This document shows, in pieces, positions 47,888-58,451 of a stretch of 64,000 bases of DNA. The position numbers were made by a program, and so were the translations under genes. Numbering within the stretch: the stretch's first letter is position 1; every line of letters starts with the position of its first letter. Under the pieces are notes generated by a model. It was not told the origin of the DNA and did not search any database. It worked only from the letters and a program-made list of their open reading frames with translations. The DNA is taken from NCBI GenBank assembly GCA_965203175.1, contig OZ241867.1:5280001-5344000 (forward strand), given 5' to 3'. This stretch comes from Candidatus Latescibacterota bacterium (GTDB lineage Bacteria > Latescibacterota > UBA2968 > UBA8231).

Positions 47888-50018
47888 TTTTTCCTCCATG
47901 CTGAAGTTGAAAACCAAAGCGCGCATGTCGTCCAGCGGCTGGATAGAAGTAGCTATGTCCACTTCCCGATGCGTCGGGATACCCCGTTGTACTATAGGAT
48001 TGATCAAAGATATTGAATACGTCAAGCGTAGCGGCAATTAGTCCCACCCGATATTTGAGCCGAACATCCACAGTGCTATAATTGGGCAGCGTAATCGCAT
48101 TCGCGTCATCCAGAAAAATGCGGTTCGCAGATTTAACAATGATGCTCCCACCCAAGCCGGACTTATGTGCAGCGTTGACGCCGCCGTAGATCACATCGCG
48201 TGGGATAGCTTTCAGGAATTTGCCGGCATACTCGCCAATTTGCGATTTAGCGGATTGGTGAGTGTAATTGAGAAACAAACTCAGGTTCGACTTCACCGTA
48301 AGCCTGAGACCCGTTTCAATCCCTCGATGGCGGCTTTTGCCGATATTCACGTACTTGAGCTGCTGAAGGTCAAAATCCAACTCATTCTTCATGTCCATGG
48401 TATATGCCGCAAGGGAAAGTTCGCCATACAGGATGTTCGGAGACAGCACCGCGCGATGATAACCTCCCACCTCAATAGATGTCCCAAACTGCGGATTTAG
48501 GTCCCCACTTGAAAGTAAGACTTTGAACGGAGGATTTTGCGGAATCTCAAAGATAATTGAACGCTGATCATAGAGCTGATCCAGTGTTGGTGCTTTGAAC
48601 GATCGCGCAACGTTGGCGTACAGGTTGCCGACGTGCCGCTCTGTTTTTACATAACGAAAATTCGCCCCCGCCTTTGGACTTAACTCCGCGTGGGTCGTTG
48701 ATTGTTCCTCCCCTTCACTCGGCGCTTTAGGGATGAACTGATCGCGAATCATATCGGCGCGCACCCCCAAGACGACGCGCAGCGTCTGCATCGGCGTAAG
48801 TTCGTATTGCAGAAACCCAGCAGCCGAGCGCCGAGTGCTAGCGCCCTTTTCCTCCAATGCACCGCGCTCAACGGCACTCATCTCACTATAGTCAGCCAAT
48901 CCACCGAGAAGGAACTGATAATACTCAGACGAGAGCGAATGCACGCCTGCGTCAATGCCAAGACTGAGACGATCTTTGCCAAGAAATCCTAGTTGGTCGA
49001 GCGTCAGTTGCAGCGAACTCGTGAGGCGCGAGGCCGTAAGTAAACGATTCTTGGTATCGGCAAATTCGGGGCTGAGTTGCAATGTCCTGACCGCATCGGA
49101 ATCACGGATCTCGCCGGAAACCGCGCTGGAGAATTTAGCCCTATCGCGAAGATTATAATCACCCGTTATCGCCGCCCGATGCGTTCGGTCGGTGGTATGG
49201 TCAAACTTATAAAACGGTGTCGATTGGGAGCGGTCGTCATCTAACTCAGCGCCAGTCAACGGGCCGGGTTCATCAAATTGCTGGAAGTGATGCGTTGTTG
49301 AAACCGCAAGTGAACCGTTGGGTTTTTGCAGTAGAGTGAAAGAACCCCCAAGGTTTTCTGCCGCGCGGTCCGCATGTTCTCGGAACCCAGCGTACCGCTC
49401 CCCCGATCCGAATGCCACATACTCTCGCCCATGCCAAAGACCACTCGTTCGCGCCTGTGCGCCAAGTGACCCAAAGTTGCCCCCCGTTGCTGAAATCTGC
49501 GTTAGAGGTGCATGCTCGCCAGCGGTAACCACATTGACAACGCCACCAATCGCAGCATCGCCGTACAGCGAAGACGCGCCCCCGCGCAGAAATTCAATCG
49601 AGCTAATACTCGCAAGCGGAATGGCACTCCAATTCATCAACCCTTTCTCAAGCTCATTGATCGGCCTCCCATCGATCAGAACCAGCAGATACTCTGCTTC
49701 GCCGCCACCGTAAAAACCGCGCAGCGTTGCCAACGGATCGCGCCCCAGCCCATCGCGGTGCAAAAACGAAATTCCTGGCAAAGTCTCCAGCGCATCCGCG
49801 AGGTTTTTCAGTGGCAGGAACTCCATCTCAGCGCTAGTACGCACCGACACAGCAGCAGTAGATTCAAAAAGCGAGTTTTCCAGCCGCTCCGCAGTGACAA
49901 TAGTTTCTTCAAGTTGATAAATCCTGTCAGAATCATCCTGCGCAACCGCACGGTCTAGGAATTGATTCGCGATACCGATGGCAACCAAGACGACTAAACT
50001 GAGACGCAGATTAAACAT
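47880..50018 (-). CDS. TonB-dependent receptor
   Basis: ETIVTAER TonB box, plug with LRGF..LVLIDG and RGGASSLYG.AAIGGVVN, barrel with FKAPTL.QLY and N.FD..Y. Confidence 0.9.
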   Translation of the reverse strand: MFNLRLSLVVLVAIGIANQFLDRAVAQDDSDRIYQLEETIVTAERLENSLFESTAAVSVRTSAEMEFLPLKNLADALETLPGISFLHRDGLGRDPLATLRGFYGGGEAEYLLVLIDGRPINELEKGLMNWSAIPLASISSIEFLRGGASSLYGDAAIGGVVNVVTAGEHAPLTQISATGGNFGSLGAQARTSGLWHGREYVAFGSGERYAGFREHADRAAENLGGSFTLLQKPNGSLAVSTTHHFQQFDEPGPLTGAELDDDRSQSTPFYKFDHTTDRTHRAAITGDYNLRDRAKFSSAVSGEIRDSDAVRTLQLSPEFADTKNRLLTASRLTSSLQLTLDQLGFLGKDRLSLGIDAGVHSLSSEYYQFLLGGLADYSEMSAVERGALEEKGASTRRSAAGFLQYELTPMQTLRVVLGVRADMIRDQFIPKAPSEGEEQSTTHAELSPKAGANFRYVKTERHVGNLYANVARSFKAPTLDQLYDQRSIIFEIPQNPPFKVLLSSGDLNPQFGTSIEVGGYHRAVLSPNILYGELSLAAYTMDMKNELDFDLQQLKYVNIGKSRHRGIETGLRLTVKSNLSLFLNYTHQSAKSQIGEYAGKFLKAIPRDVIYGGVNAAHKSGLGGSIIVKSANRIFLDDANAITLPNYSTVDVRLKYRVGLIAATLDVFNIFDQSYSTTGYPDASGSGHSYFYPAAGRHARFGFQLQHGGKNE

Positions 50019-50114
50019 AAATCAATCAAGCCCCCGAGTTTTGTTCTGCGATTACAGATTTATAGATTATAGATTGCAAGTGATTACTCCAACTCTAACC
50101 CAAAATCCAAACTC

Positions 50115-51509
50115 ATGCACCTACCACTCCTCCGCGCCGGCCAGCCCTACACCAGCCTCGACCGCCTCTCCGTCGCCCACATCGCCACCGGACAACCGCT
50201 GACCCAAGTCAGCCAAGCCAATCGAGGCCTAATCGCCCGCGACTTAGCCGCTCAAGAGCGCAACCGCCAAGCACTGCAAGCCCTCACCGTCGCCGAATTA
50301 GTCGCCATCTGCCAACAGGCCGCCGACCTCTTCTTACGCGCCGAACTACCTCTAGGCGACGACGGCCAAACCCCGGACGACTACGTCGCGCAAGTCTCGG
50401 CCACCACCGGCCTGCCGCAGTCGCTGGCCCGCGCCAACATGGACAAAATCCACCGCGTCGGCGTCGAAATGCCCGCTGTACTCAGCGGCCTAACCCGAGG
50501 CCTGGACCTAACCGTCCTCGACGACGGCCCAAGTCCGCTCCACTTCGCGTCCCACGCCCAAGCCCTCGGCTGCATCCTGCCGAGCAACTCCCCCGGCGTC
50601 CACGCGCTGTGGCTACCGGCCATTCCGCTCAAAATTCCGCTAGTGCTCAAACCGGGCCGCGAAGAACCGTGGACGCCCTACCGCATCGCCCAATCCCTAA
50701 TCGCGGCCGGCTGTCCACCTCAAGCCTTGAGCTACTACCCAACCGACCACGGCGGCAGCACCGAAATCCTGCTCCGCTGCAATCGCTCGCTGCTATTCGG
50801 CGGCGGTCCCACCGTCGCCCCCTGGCGTGACGACCCCCGCGTCCAACTACACGGACCAGGGCGCAGCAAAATCATCATCGGCGCAGACAAAATCGACCAA
50901 TGGGAACACTACCTCGACCTCATGGTCGCCTCAATCGCTTCCAACGGGGGCCGCTCCTGCCTCAATGCTTCCGGTATTTGGGTCCCCGCCCACGGTCGCG
51001 CAATCGCCGCCGCCCTAGGCGAACGCCTGAGCCAAATCCAAGCCCGACCTCTCAACGATCCCCAAGCCCAGATCGCCGCCTTCTCCAACCCCGCAGTGGC
51101 GCACCAGTTCTCATCTCTAATCGACACCCAACTCGGCGACGCAATAGACACGGCCAGAGGCCAAGGTGAACGCGTTGCCGATATCGGCGGCTGCACCTTC
51201 CTCAACCCAACCTTGATCCACGCCCCCGACTGGCAACACCCTCTGGCCAATACCGAATATCTCTTTCCGTTCGCCTCGGTAGTCGAAGTCCCGCAAGAAG
51301 AAGTCGTCACGCGCATCGGCCCGACACTGGTAGCTACCGCCCTCACCGAAGACGAGCATCTAACGCGCCAACTGCTCGCCGCGCCCCACATCGAACGCCT
51401 CAACCTCGGCCCGATCCCCACCCACGAAATCGCCTGGGACCAGCCGCACGAGGGCAACCTCTTCGATTTCCTCTACCAGCAGCGCGCCTTGCAGCGCAGA
51501 GCCGGATGA
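50115..51509 (+). CDS. Aldehyde dehydrogenase-fold reductase (EhpG/GriD/LuxC-like)
   Basis: LPSNSPGVH, LKPGREEPWT, HGPGRSK, GGRSCLNAS (catalytic Cys), EYLFPF. Confidence 0.8.
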   Translation: MHLPLLRAGQPYTSLDRLSVAHIATGQPLTQVSQANRGLIARDLAAQERNRQALQALTVAELVAICQQAADLFLRAELPLGDDGQTPDDYVAQVSATTGLPQSLARANMDKIHRVGVEMPAVLSGLTRGLDLTVLDDGPSPLHFASHAQALGCILPSNSPGVHALWLPAIPLKIPLVLKPGREEPWTPYRIAQSLIAAGCPPQALSYYPTDHGGSTEILLRCNRSLLFGGGPTVAPWRDDPRVQLHGPGRSKIIIGADKIDQWEHYLDLMVASIASNGGRSCLNASGIWVPAHGRAIAAALGERLSQIQARPLNDPQAQIAAFSNPAVAHQFSSLIDTQLGDAIDTARGQGERVADIGGCTFLNPTLIHAPDWQHPLANTEYLFPFASVVEVPQEEVVTRIGPTLVATALTEDEHLTRQLLAAPHIERLNLGPIPTHEIAWDQPHEGNLFDFLYQQRALQRRAG

Positions 51510-52633
51510 CCCCCTTCGACTTTGATCCGTCCATCCGCGTAGTCTTTGGTGCTGGAACCCTCGGCCAGCTAGGCGATCTCGCCAGCGCATTGGCCGGCCC
51601 CGGCACCTTACTCGTAACCGACCCCGGCCTCGTCCAAGCTGGCCTAGCCGAACGAGCCCAGCACGCGCTACAAAACGCTGGCCTAGCGACGACCACTTTT
51701 TCCGCCGTAGGAGAAAACCCCACGACCGAACACGTAGCCGCTGGCGTCCACCACGCTCGCGCTCACGGCCCCATTGACCTAATCGTCGCCTTGGGCGGCG
51801 GCAGCACCATGGACTGCGCCAAAGGCATCAACTTCCTGCTCACCAACAGCGGCCAAATGCAGGACTACCAAGGCTACGGCAAAGCCACCCAGCCCATGCT
51901 TCCCTCCATTGGCATCCCCACCACAGCCGGAACGGGCAGCGAAGCCCAATCCTACGCCCTGATTTCCTGCGCCGACACAGGTATCAAAATGGCCTGCGGC
52001 GACCGCAAAGCGCGCTTCCACATCGCCATCCTCGACCCAAACGTGCTGACCAGCGTCCCCCAGCGAGTCCGCGCCGACGCCGGTATCGACGCCCTCGCCC
52101 ACGCCGTCGAAAGCTACGTCTCCACCCGTCGCACGCCGCTCTCACAAATGTTCGCCCGCCAAGCCTGGCAGTTGCTAGCACCCCACTACGAGGCAGCCAT
52201 CTCCGATCCCCAAAACGCCGCCGACGCCATGCTCTTAGGTGCCCACCTAGCCGGCACTGCCATCGAAAACTCCATGCTCGGCGGCGCCCACGCCACCGCC
52301 AACCCCCTCACCGCCCGCTACCCACTCTCTCACGGCCGAGCCGTGGCCCTGATGCTGCCGCACGTGATTCGCTTAAATGGTCAAGTGGTGGACGATTTAT
52401 ACGGCGAACTTTGCGCAGATATCCAACTCAACGGCAGCACCCTCGCGCTCGCCGCCCATCTCGAAGAATTGTGCTCTATGGCGGGACTACCGCGCCGACT
52501 CGCCGATTGTCAGGTTGCCGCAAGCGATCTACCTTCTATGGCCCAAGAAGCGGCTGATCAATGGACCGGCACCTTCAACCCGCTTCCCTTACAAGAAGCG
52601 GACTTTCTGCGGCTTTATAAGACGGCGTTCTGA
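51506..52633 (+). CDS. Iron-containing alcohol dehydrogenase
   Basis: LGGGSTMDCAK, PTTAGTGSE, DALAHAVE, H...NPL...HG. Confidence 0.92.
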   Translation: MTPFDFDPSIRVVFGAGTLGQLGDLASALAGPGTLLVTDPGLVQAGLAERAQHALQNAGLATTTFSAVGENPTTEHVAAGVHHARAHGPIDLIVALGGGSTMDCAKGINFLLTNSGQMQDYQGYGKATQPMLPSIGIPTTAGTGSEAQSYALISCADTGIKMACGDRKARFHIAILDPNVLTSVPQRVRADAGIDALAHAVESYVSTRRTPLSQMFARQAWQLLAPHYEAAISDPQNAADAMLLGAHLAGTAIENSMLGGAHATANPLTARYPLSHGRAVALMLPHVIRLNGQVVDDLYGELCADIQLNGSTLALAAHLEELCSMAGLPRRLADCQVAASDLPSMAQEAADQWTGTFNPLPLQEADFLRLYKTAF

Positions 52634-52688
52634 TGGGGGAGAGGAATGTGAGACGACCGCACCAAGACGCAACGGTCGCAATATGAAG

Positions 52689-53174
52689 CTATTCTCCGAC
52701 TAGAGCCAAGGCCTTGTCCACAACTGGGTCGGATAAATACATGCCCAACTGCCTGAGTCGGTCAACTACGGGCCGTGCCAATGGAATCACCCCGAGTCTT
52801 TTTGCAACCAAAACAAGACCTAGCGTGCCGCGAAAGGGAATGCCCAGAGCAGTTGCGCAACGGCGTGCCGCCAAGTCGTCAATGATGATTTCTGTGCCTT
52901 GGCGGGTATAACCCCAAGTCAGGACAGACGATTCGCCTGGACCTAAATCCCACGCCTGGATCCGTTCATCAATGGGCGGTGTAGGGACAACGTCCATCCA
53001 GGCTGCTTTTTCCATGGCCTGGACCGTTGGATCTTCAGGACCGCGTTTTTGGATCTCGGAGGCAACAGCGGCAGGTATGATTATTTCGTCACCCGCGATT
53101 TTCAGTAGATCAAGTAAGTCTCCACGGGCCAAGAAAATGAGCGGTGAAGCATTGACGGCTGGTTTTTCAGCCAC
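52689..53174 (-). CDS. DUF3368 PIN-like protein
   Basis: NASPLI.L, LGPGES, IDDLAARR.A..LG....GTLG. Confidence 0.85.
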   Translation of the reverse strand: MAEKPAVNASPLIFLARGDLLDLLKIAGDEIIIPAAVASEIQKRGPEDPTVQAMEKAAWMDVVPTPPIDERIQAWDLGPGESSVLTWGYTRQGTEIIIDDLAARRCATALGIPFRGTLGLVLVAKRLGVIPLARPVVDRLRQLGMYLSDPVVDKALALVGE

Positions 53175-53418
53175 GATCTATTTCGCGTTTCAATGCGTCG
53201 ATATCCACTGCAAAGACATCCACTTGCTCACGGGTTAAAGCCATGAGGAAGTCGGTGCGATCCAAACCGGCTATATGGGCGGCCTTTTCTTGCGAGATCA
53301 TTCCTCTTTCATACCAGTGGATAGCCCCAGCTAGGCGCAGTTCAGCGACGAACTCCTCTGGCGAGCGACGCAAAGCGGAAAACACTTCATCCGGCAATTC
53401 TAAGGTGACTTTAGTCAT
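53167..53418 (-). CDS. UPF0175 family antitoxin-like protein
   Basis: AIHWYERGMISQEKAAHIAGLDR..F; overlaps the DUF3368 gene. Confidence 0.85.
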   Translation of the reverse strand: MTKVTLELPDEVFSALRRSPEEFVAELRLAGAIHWYERGMISQEKAAHIAGLDRTDFLMALTREQVDVFAVDIDALKREIDRG

Positions 53419-53607
53419 AACCAATAATCCTGCTTTATTATCTCGAACACTTGTCTACAGATGGGAACAAGCCTTTTCTGACAAGATAGCCGTTTTCCTA
53501 GATTCGACCAAATACAGACGTTTTAACAACATAGCGCGCCACAGTGATGGTCTGCGCATAGGTCTGATCTAGTTAAATAGCCAAGTATTAGTATGAAGTT
53601 TCGTCAT

Positions 53608-56600
53608 TTAGTTAGCACTGTCAGAAGCTAGGCTCTTACGCTCAGCCTGCAGTATGAGCATGCGCACCATGGCAAGTTCAGCGATACGCTCGCTTTGTTG
53701 ACCAGCGAGTGCATATAGTGGCTCGTTGACGGCGTGTCCTGCCCTTGCCGCTTCAAATTCACTTACAACCTTATTCCAAGTCTGGTCGAGGTAATCCTGC
53801 GCCCACTCGAAATACTCCGAGCCGGTACGCTCAGCCGACTCGGCAACAATTTCACTATTGTGCTTAAAGGATTCAATTGACTTCGAGAATACGTCGCGTT
53901 CCTCCGAATGCGGATCTTCCAAATCGCGACATGCCATTATTGCTGACAGTTGAACGCAAGCGGTGAAGGCTTCATCAAAGCTCTTGGCGATTTCCGATGA
54001 GAGGAAGGGAAGGTTGATATGCTCCCGCCATTCTTTTACAAAATCTTGGTCAGCAAGCGGCATATACGACGAAGGAAGAATCGCTAAAGACGCTAGAACT
54101 CGACCCTTTAAGACCGGGACAACTCTGAAACGCCAGTCGTCCCGAAAATGCTGTTGTCCGATATCAATGCTATCTTCTAGATAGTGCGCATCTGTCTCAA
54201 AGTCCGTGATCTCCACAAGGACGGCGACCTCCCTTGCAGGCCAGTAGACGCTATCACTCTCATCAACGGGACGAGACCAACACCTGGCCCTACACCCTCG
54301 CGAAATGAGCACGCGTTCTACGTCGCGCAGTCTCGCGTGGAAGCGCTGTTTAGCAAAATTGCGGCAATGCCGAGCGGATGCGTGGATCGCCTTTCCCAGT
54401 TTGCCTTTCCGCGCGGCCTTCACTATTCTCTGAATTGATGCCTGTCTGTCATCATGCGCCATTTCGTGAAGGATGGAAGCAACGTCGTCCAAACGCTTGG
54501 CCAAGGCAGCGAGTTCACGTAGGGGCGGCTTTGATATTGTCCGCCATATAGCAGACTGCCCATGCTTCTGTGCCTGCGCCGCCAAGCTCCCAGCAAAAGT
54601 AGCTGCCCCTTTAGCTCCCTTTTCCCCAGGAATTTTGCTCAATCTTCTTACAAGATTGCCGAGTACCCCGGTCAGCAGTACGCCAAGAGTGTCGTCGGCA
54701 CCACTTTGCGCAGGCATCGTCATTGTAGATGATGGTTTCTCAGGTGTGGCATAGGCAAGCGCATTTACTGTATCGACAATCCCATTGATTTCAGCCGCCA
54801 ACGTATCTGCATTTGAAATTCTTTTTGCTCTTATCCATTTCTCGGTTAACGAACGAAACACCTTCTCAGTACGCTTTATCAACTCCGCCATCTGCCACGT
54901 ATAGTCGGTCAGGCTGTAGGAAGCTGATCTAGCGAGAAAGATCTGGCGGAAAGCCACATTCCAGGCGACGCGAGTTTTTGCGGGGATGTTTTGCCTCGGC
55001 ATATTTTTGGACCAAGGTGCGAAATCACCGACCATTATGAGTTGACCTTGGGGATTCACCACGTCAGATGCCGCCGCATCCGATGTCGGTGATATCGCAA
55101 TCAAGGTCTCGCAGATATTGCAGATAGTCTCATGTGGGTCCGATTGGTCCCGTTCCGCTACGTGAAACCAGTTCGAACGGACTGTGCGACCATGAGTACC
55201 ATCCGAGTCAACGACTGGAGGTGTAACCCACGGTGTTTGGGATCGAAACCAGTCAAACAGAACCTGCTCACCTCCCAAGGCATCCACTAGATTTTCAGCC
55301 ACATCGGGGCCGATCAGGTAAGCCGTGGACAGCACGGCCGCAACCTGACGGATATCCTGTTCACCGCTGCCAACGAAGCCAGGCACCAGCGTTATTCGTA
55401 CGGGTTCACCCCCGCATATCGGTGCTAGGCAAGAGAGAAATTTATTGGCCTGCTGGAAACTATCGATAGGAGGCACCGTGCTTCCCTCTGGAAGCTGCTC
55501 CAAGCAGGCAAGCCTCAGGTCGAACCTCGGCAAGGCACGGAAATCGAGAACGGCGTTTCGAAGGCTTTGCAACTGCTCAAACTCGGGCAGCTCTGGGACA
55601 TCGATATCTGGGTCGATAAACATCGAAGCCAGTGACCACTGGGCGCGCTGCAAACCGTGCTGCTCAAGAATCTTCATGAACGAGGCAACACCACGTTCTA
55701 GTGTAGCAAGTCCCAATCCGGTTAAAACTGACGCCCATATATCGATGCAGTGGTTGGAACCGAGCGTTTCCGCGAGATTGCGCAAAGCTGTCGTCTCGTC
55801 TTCATCCCTCGCCTCCGCTAGGATTGATTGAACGATCCTTGGGAGCGTCTCGCCCGTTGCAGCCGGAAGGCTGCACCATAGTGAATCTGTGGTCAGAAAC
55901 ACTGTCTCATCATGCGATGCTTTGCTGAGTGCTTCCGAGCGCAGCATGTGCAACCCACCGAGCACACCTGGACGGCTTTCTCTCACAAGATGTTCGTCGA
56001 TCAGTCTTTGCAGCGCACTACTGGCATAATCTGGTTCTAGGCCGAGTAATTCGAATAGCTTGCTCGCCTGAACCTCTCCTCCACGGGCACAGAGCACGGC
56101 GGTGCTTCTGATTATTGCCAGCTCATCGTGCCGATCTTCCTGCTGCCGTTGTCGAACCTGTTCGCAGATAACGGCAGCAAGCCGCTTGCCTTGCGTTAGT
56201 AGGTGAACATATTCGAGCATCAAGCCTTCGGATTGTTCGAACGGTTCTCGCCAGTGTTCCCAGCCTGTCTGGTTTTCGGCATACAGCTTCTGCCAGACAT
56301 TCTCGGCCAGCTTTTCATCGAGGCGTACGGCTATAAATTCCGTGTCTGACTGATTGGCAATGAGGGGCCTATCCTCCTGGCGCACGGAGCCGAGAAAATA
56401 GACAAAGGGCAATCCCCTCAATTCTTGGACGAGTACGTCCCACAAATCGCTGTTTGTCGAACCGACTTCATCGAATACCAAACCGATTCGGGATGTTTCG
56501 GTTGGGCGGCGTGCCCGTACAAACCGAATGATGGCATCAGCATCGGCTACAGCGGCCCGTGCTGTAATCTGGTACCATCTGAGTTCACCGGCGAGCAGAC

Positions 56601-57468
56601 TTGCCGATAGCCACATCAGTGCGGATTTTCCGGCACCCGACGGGCCAGATACGAGCACGTGCCTTCGCCGCTTGAGTGTGTGGACAAGCTTACTTGTATC
56701 GTCAGGGCGGTCCAGCACAAGTCCGGCAGTAACGTGCCCCGGCTTGACTTTCACACCTTGATAAAAACCCGATTCGCTGACTGGGGTAGTGAAATCAACC
56801 GGCTCCAAACTGCCGGAAGCAACGGCGCTTTCTATCGCAGAAGGGTCTCCCGCTTCCAGACTTTCAAAGATGCGGCGCTCGACCTCGGTTGTAGATATCC
56901 TCCGCCTTTCCTCAAAGGGTAAGGATGCGTTCGCCTGTGAAGCATCGGCGACTAATCTGTACAGATCATTCGCAATGCCTCTGGCGATGACCTCCGCTGT
57001 ATCCAGTTGTGCCAAAATTAGGCTGACGCTTTCTTCGTCCGGCTCTGTGCACACGAATACGTTCTGGGATCCGTCATCAAAAAGCTGACCGATGCCAACC
57101 ACATTGGTGTCGGCCCGTGGCTGCTCAAGAACAACGGCAACCCGGGTGTCCTTTTCTCGTTTGACTGCTGCGGCCTTGTTCTCTGCATCTGCTAGGATTT
57201 TCTGAACTTCTGTATCGCTAAACGCGCCGTCCTTACGGGATTTAATCTGGAGCCAGATATCTCCGCCAGTGAGCTCTATGACGCAATCCTCAAGTCCTTC
57301 GGGCACAACAGAACCGGAGGGTGCAAGCCCGGCCCACTGACGCAGAAGAATCAGGGTCGAAAGCAAGTGCTGATAATGGAAGCCGCGCGCAGCCCAAGCC
57401 CCTGAACGCGACTGCCTCCAAGCTTCAATGGTACTATTGTGTTCGGCTTCGTTCATCAAAGGTGTCAC
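53608..57468 (-). CDS. Cap4/DUF4297-like PD-(D/E)xK nuclease fused to STAND-like P-loop NTPase and long C-terminal region (putative antiphage protein)
   Basis: GAWAARGFHYQ...EGLED...QIKS; GPSGAGKS Walker A; LVFDE Walker B; downstream wHTH-like segment. Confidence 0.7.
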   Translation of the reverse strand: MTPLMNEAEHNSTIEAWRQSRSGAWAARGFHYQHLLSTLILLRQWAGLAPSGSVVPEGLEDCVIELTGGDIWLQIKSRKDGAFSDTEVQKILADAENKAAAVKREKDTRVAVVLEQPRADTNVVGIGQLFDDGSQNVFVCTEPDEESVSLILAQLDTAEVIARGIANDLYRLVADASQANASLPFEERRRISTTEVERRIFESLEAGDPSAIESAVASGSLEPVDFTTPVSESGFYQGVKVKPGHVTAGLVLDRPDDTSKLVHTLKRRRHVLVSGPSGAGKSALMWLSASLLAGELRWYQITARAAVADADAIIRFVRARRPTETSRIGLVFDEVGSTNSDLWDVLVQELRGLPFVYFLGSVRQEDRPLIANQSDTEFIAVRLDEKLAENVWQKLYAENQTGWEHWREPFEQSEGLMLEYVHLLTQGKRLAAVICEQVRQRQQEDRHDELAIIRSTAVLCARGGEVQASKLFELLGLEPDYASSALQRLIDEHLVRESRPGVLGGLHMLRSEALSKASHDETVFLTTDSLWCSLPAATGETLPRIVQSILAEARDEDETTALRNLAETLGSNHCIDIWASVLTGLGLATLERGVASFMKILEQHGLQRAQWSLASMFIDPDIDVPELPEFEQLQSLRNAVLDFRALPRFDLRLACLEQLPEGSTVPPIDSFQQANKFLSCLAPICGGEPVRITLVPGFVGSGEQDIRQVAAVLSTAYLIGPDVAENLVDALGGEQVLFDWFRSQTPWVTPPVVDSDGTHGRTVRSNWFHVAERDQSDPHETICNICETLIAISPTSDAAASDVVNPQGQLIMVGDFAPWSKNMPRQNIPAKTRVAWNVAFRQIFLARSASYSLTDYTWQMAELIKRTEKVFRSLTEKWIRAKRISNADTLAAEINGIVDTVNALAYATPEKPSSTMTMPAQSGADDTLGVLLTGVLGNLVRRLSKIPGEKGAKGAATFAGSLAAQAQKHGQSAIWRTISKPPLRELAALAKRLDDVASILHEMAHDDRQASIQRIVKAARKGKLGKAIHASARHCRNFAKQRFHARLRDVERVLISRGCRARCWSRPVDESDSVYWPAREVAVLVEITDFETDAHYLEDSIDIGQQHFRDDWRFRVVPVLKGRVLASLAILPSSYMPLADQDFVKEWREHINLPFLSSEIAKSFDEAFTACVQLSAIMACRDLEDPHSEERDVFSKSIESFKHNSEIVAESAERTGSEYFEWAQDYLDQTWNKVVSEFEAARAGHAVNEPLYALAGQQSERIAELAMVRMLILQAERKSLASDSAN

Positions 57469-57598
57469 ATCTCAATACTACTGGTTTGCTAGTAAGACAG
57501 AACCTGCAAATCTCGTTAATCGTTACGGCGGTGCCCTGACCGTGAAGATGAGACCTCAGCGGTTCCTTGGAGTACAGTCGAAATCGAGCTCTCGGTTT

Positions 57599-58405
57599 CT
57601 ATACCGCATCCAACGTCGGCGCATTGTCCTGACAGTAGACCGGTCGGAAGAGTGTCTGTCGTTTAAACGGCATCTCTTCAAGGTGCTGCGGATGTGGTTC
57701 CCACTGATGCCACTTGTTGCCAACGGTATTGTAGCAGTTGAAAATGGCGATCCGATCGACAGTTTCGTCAGTCCACTTGGCACCAGTATGCGTAATCGCC
57801 TCCGTGAAAATAAGCACGGAGCCTGCGGGACAGGTGTAATCCTCCCATAACGGGGAGTTGCGATCCTCCGTTGACTTGGGAGCGGGAAACGCCCCTTTAT
57901 GGCTGCCGGTAAGGAACATGGTTCCACCGCAACCTTTTTGCACCGGATTGAGTTCCCAGACCACGCGCGTCAACCCACTGTGTGCCTTGTCGTAGTGCAG
58001 ATGATAGGTATGCGAGTTGCCGGGGAAGTTGAGCATCCCACGTCCGCCGTGTGGTCGGAAAGCGTCGTGTCCATTCGCACGAATGGTTAGAAACGTGCTT
58101 TCCAGCCGAAATCCATAACAGTTTTCGTTGGCGTAGGCCGAGGCCAAAAATTCATTCATGAATCCGCAGACAACTGGATGATCGGTTAGACTCTCCAAGG
58201 GACCGCCGATGGAATAGCGATGGTGTTCGGGAATGGATCTTGGTTCCTGTTTGAGTTGGTAGCAGAACGCGCGCATCTCTTGAATCTCTGATTCGCTGAG
58301 TACGCCAGGGATCAGCGCCCACCCGCGAGTATCAAAGAGATAGCGTTGTTCTTCCGTCAGTGGAATCGACGGTAGATTATCAGCATTCGTCGTAGGATTC
58401 GGCAT
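57599..58405 (-). CDS. Phytanoyl-CoA dioxygenase (PhyH)-like Fe/2OG enzyme
   Basis: EQRYLFDTRGW, PHGG, GGTMFLTGSHK, AGSVLIFTEAITH, R; start reassigned to MPNPTT after GGGAGG. Confidence 0.8.
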   Translation of the reverse strand: MPNPTTNADNLPSIPLTEEQRYLFDTRGWALIPGVLSESEIQEMRAFCYQLKQEPRSIPEHHRYSIGGPLESLTDHPVVCGFMNEFLASAYANENCYGFRLESTFLTIRANGHDAFRPHGGRGMLNFPGNSHTYHLHYDKAHSGLTRVVWELNPVQKGCGGTMFLTGSHKGAFPAPKSTEDRNSPLWEDYTCPAGSVLIFTEAITHTGAKWTDETVDRIAIFNCYNTVGNKWHQWEPHPQHLEEMPFKRQTLFRPVYCQDNAPTLDAV

Positions 58406-58451
58406 AATTCCCTCCCTCTTTCGGGTGTCTATCAGATCGTGAGAAGTCCCA

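Larger units (their letters stand above)
44015..50114. mobile_element. Accessory island A inserted between the EhpF-like and ALDH-like genes
   Basis: Lower GC, mostly opposite-strand cargo, TA remnants; no integrase or transposase seen. Confidence 0.55.

Noticed and set aside
42938-51509. Phenazine or bioluminescence (lux) cluster
   Set aside because: Only the adenylation/reductase-like pair is present; no phzA-G or luxAB/luxD genes are in the window.
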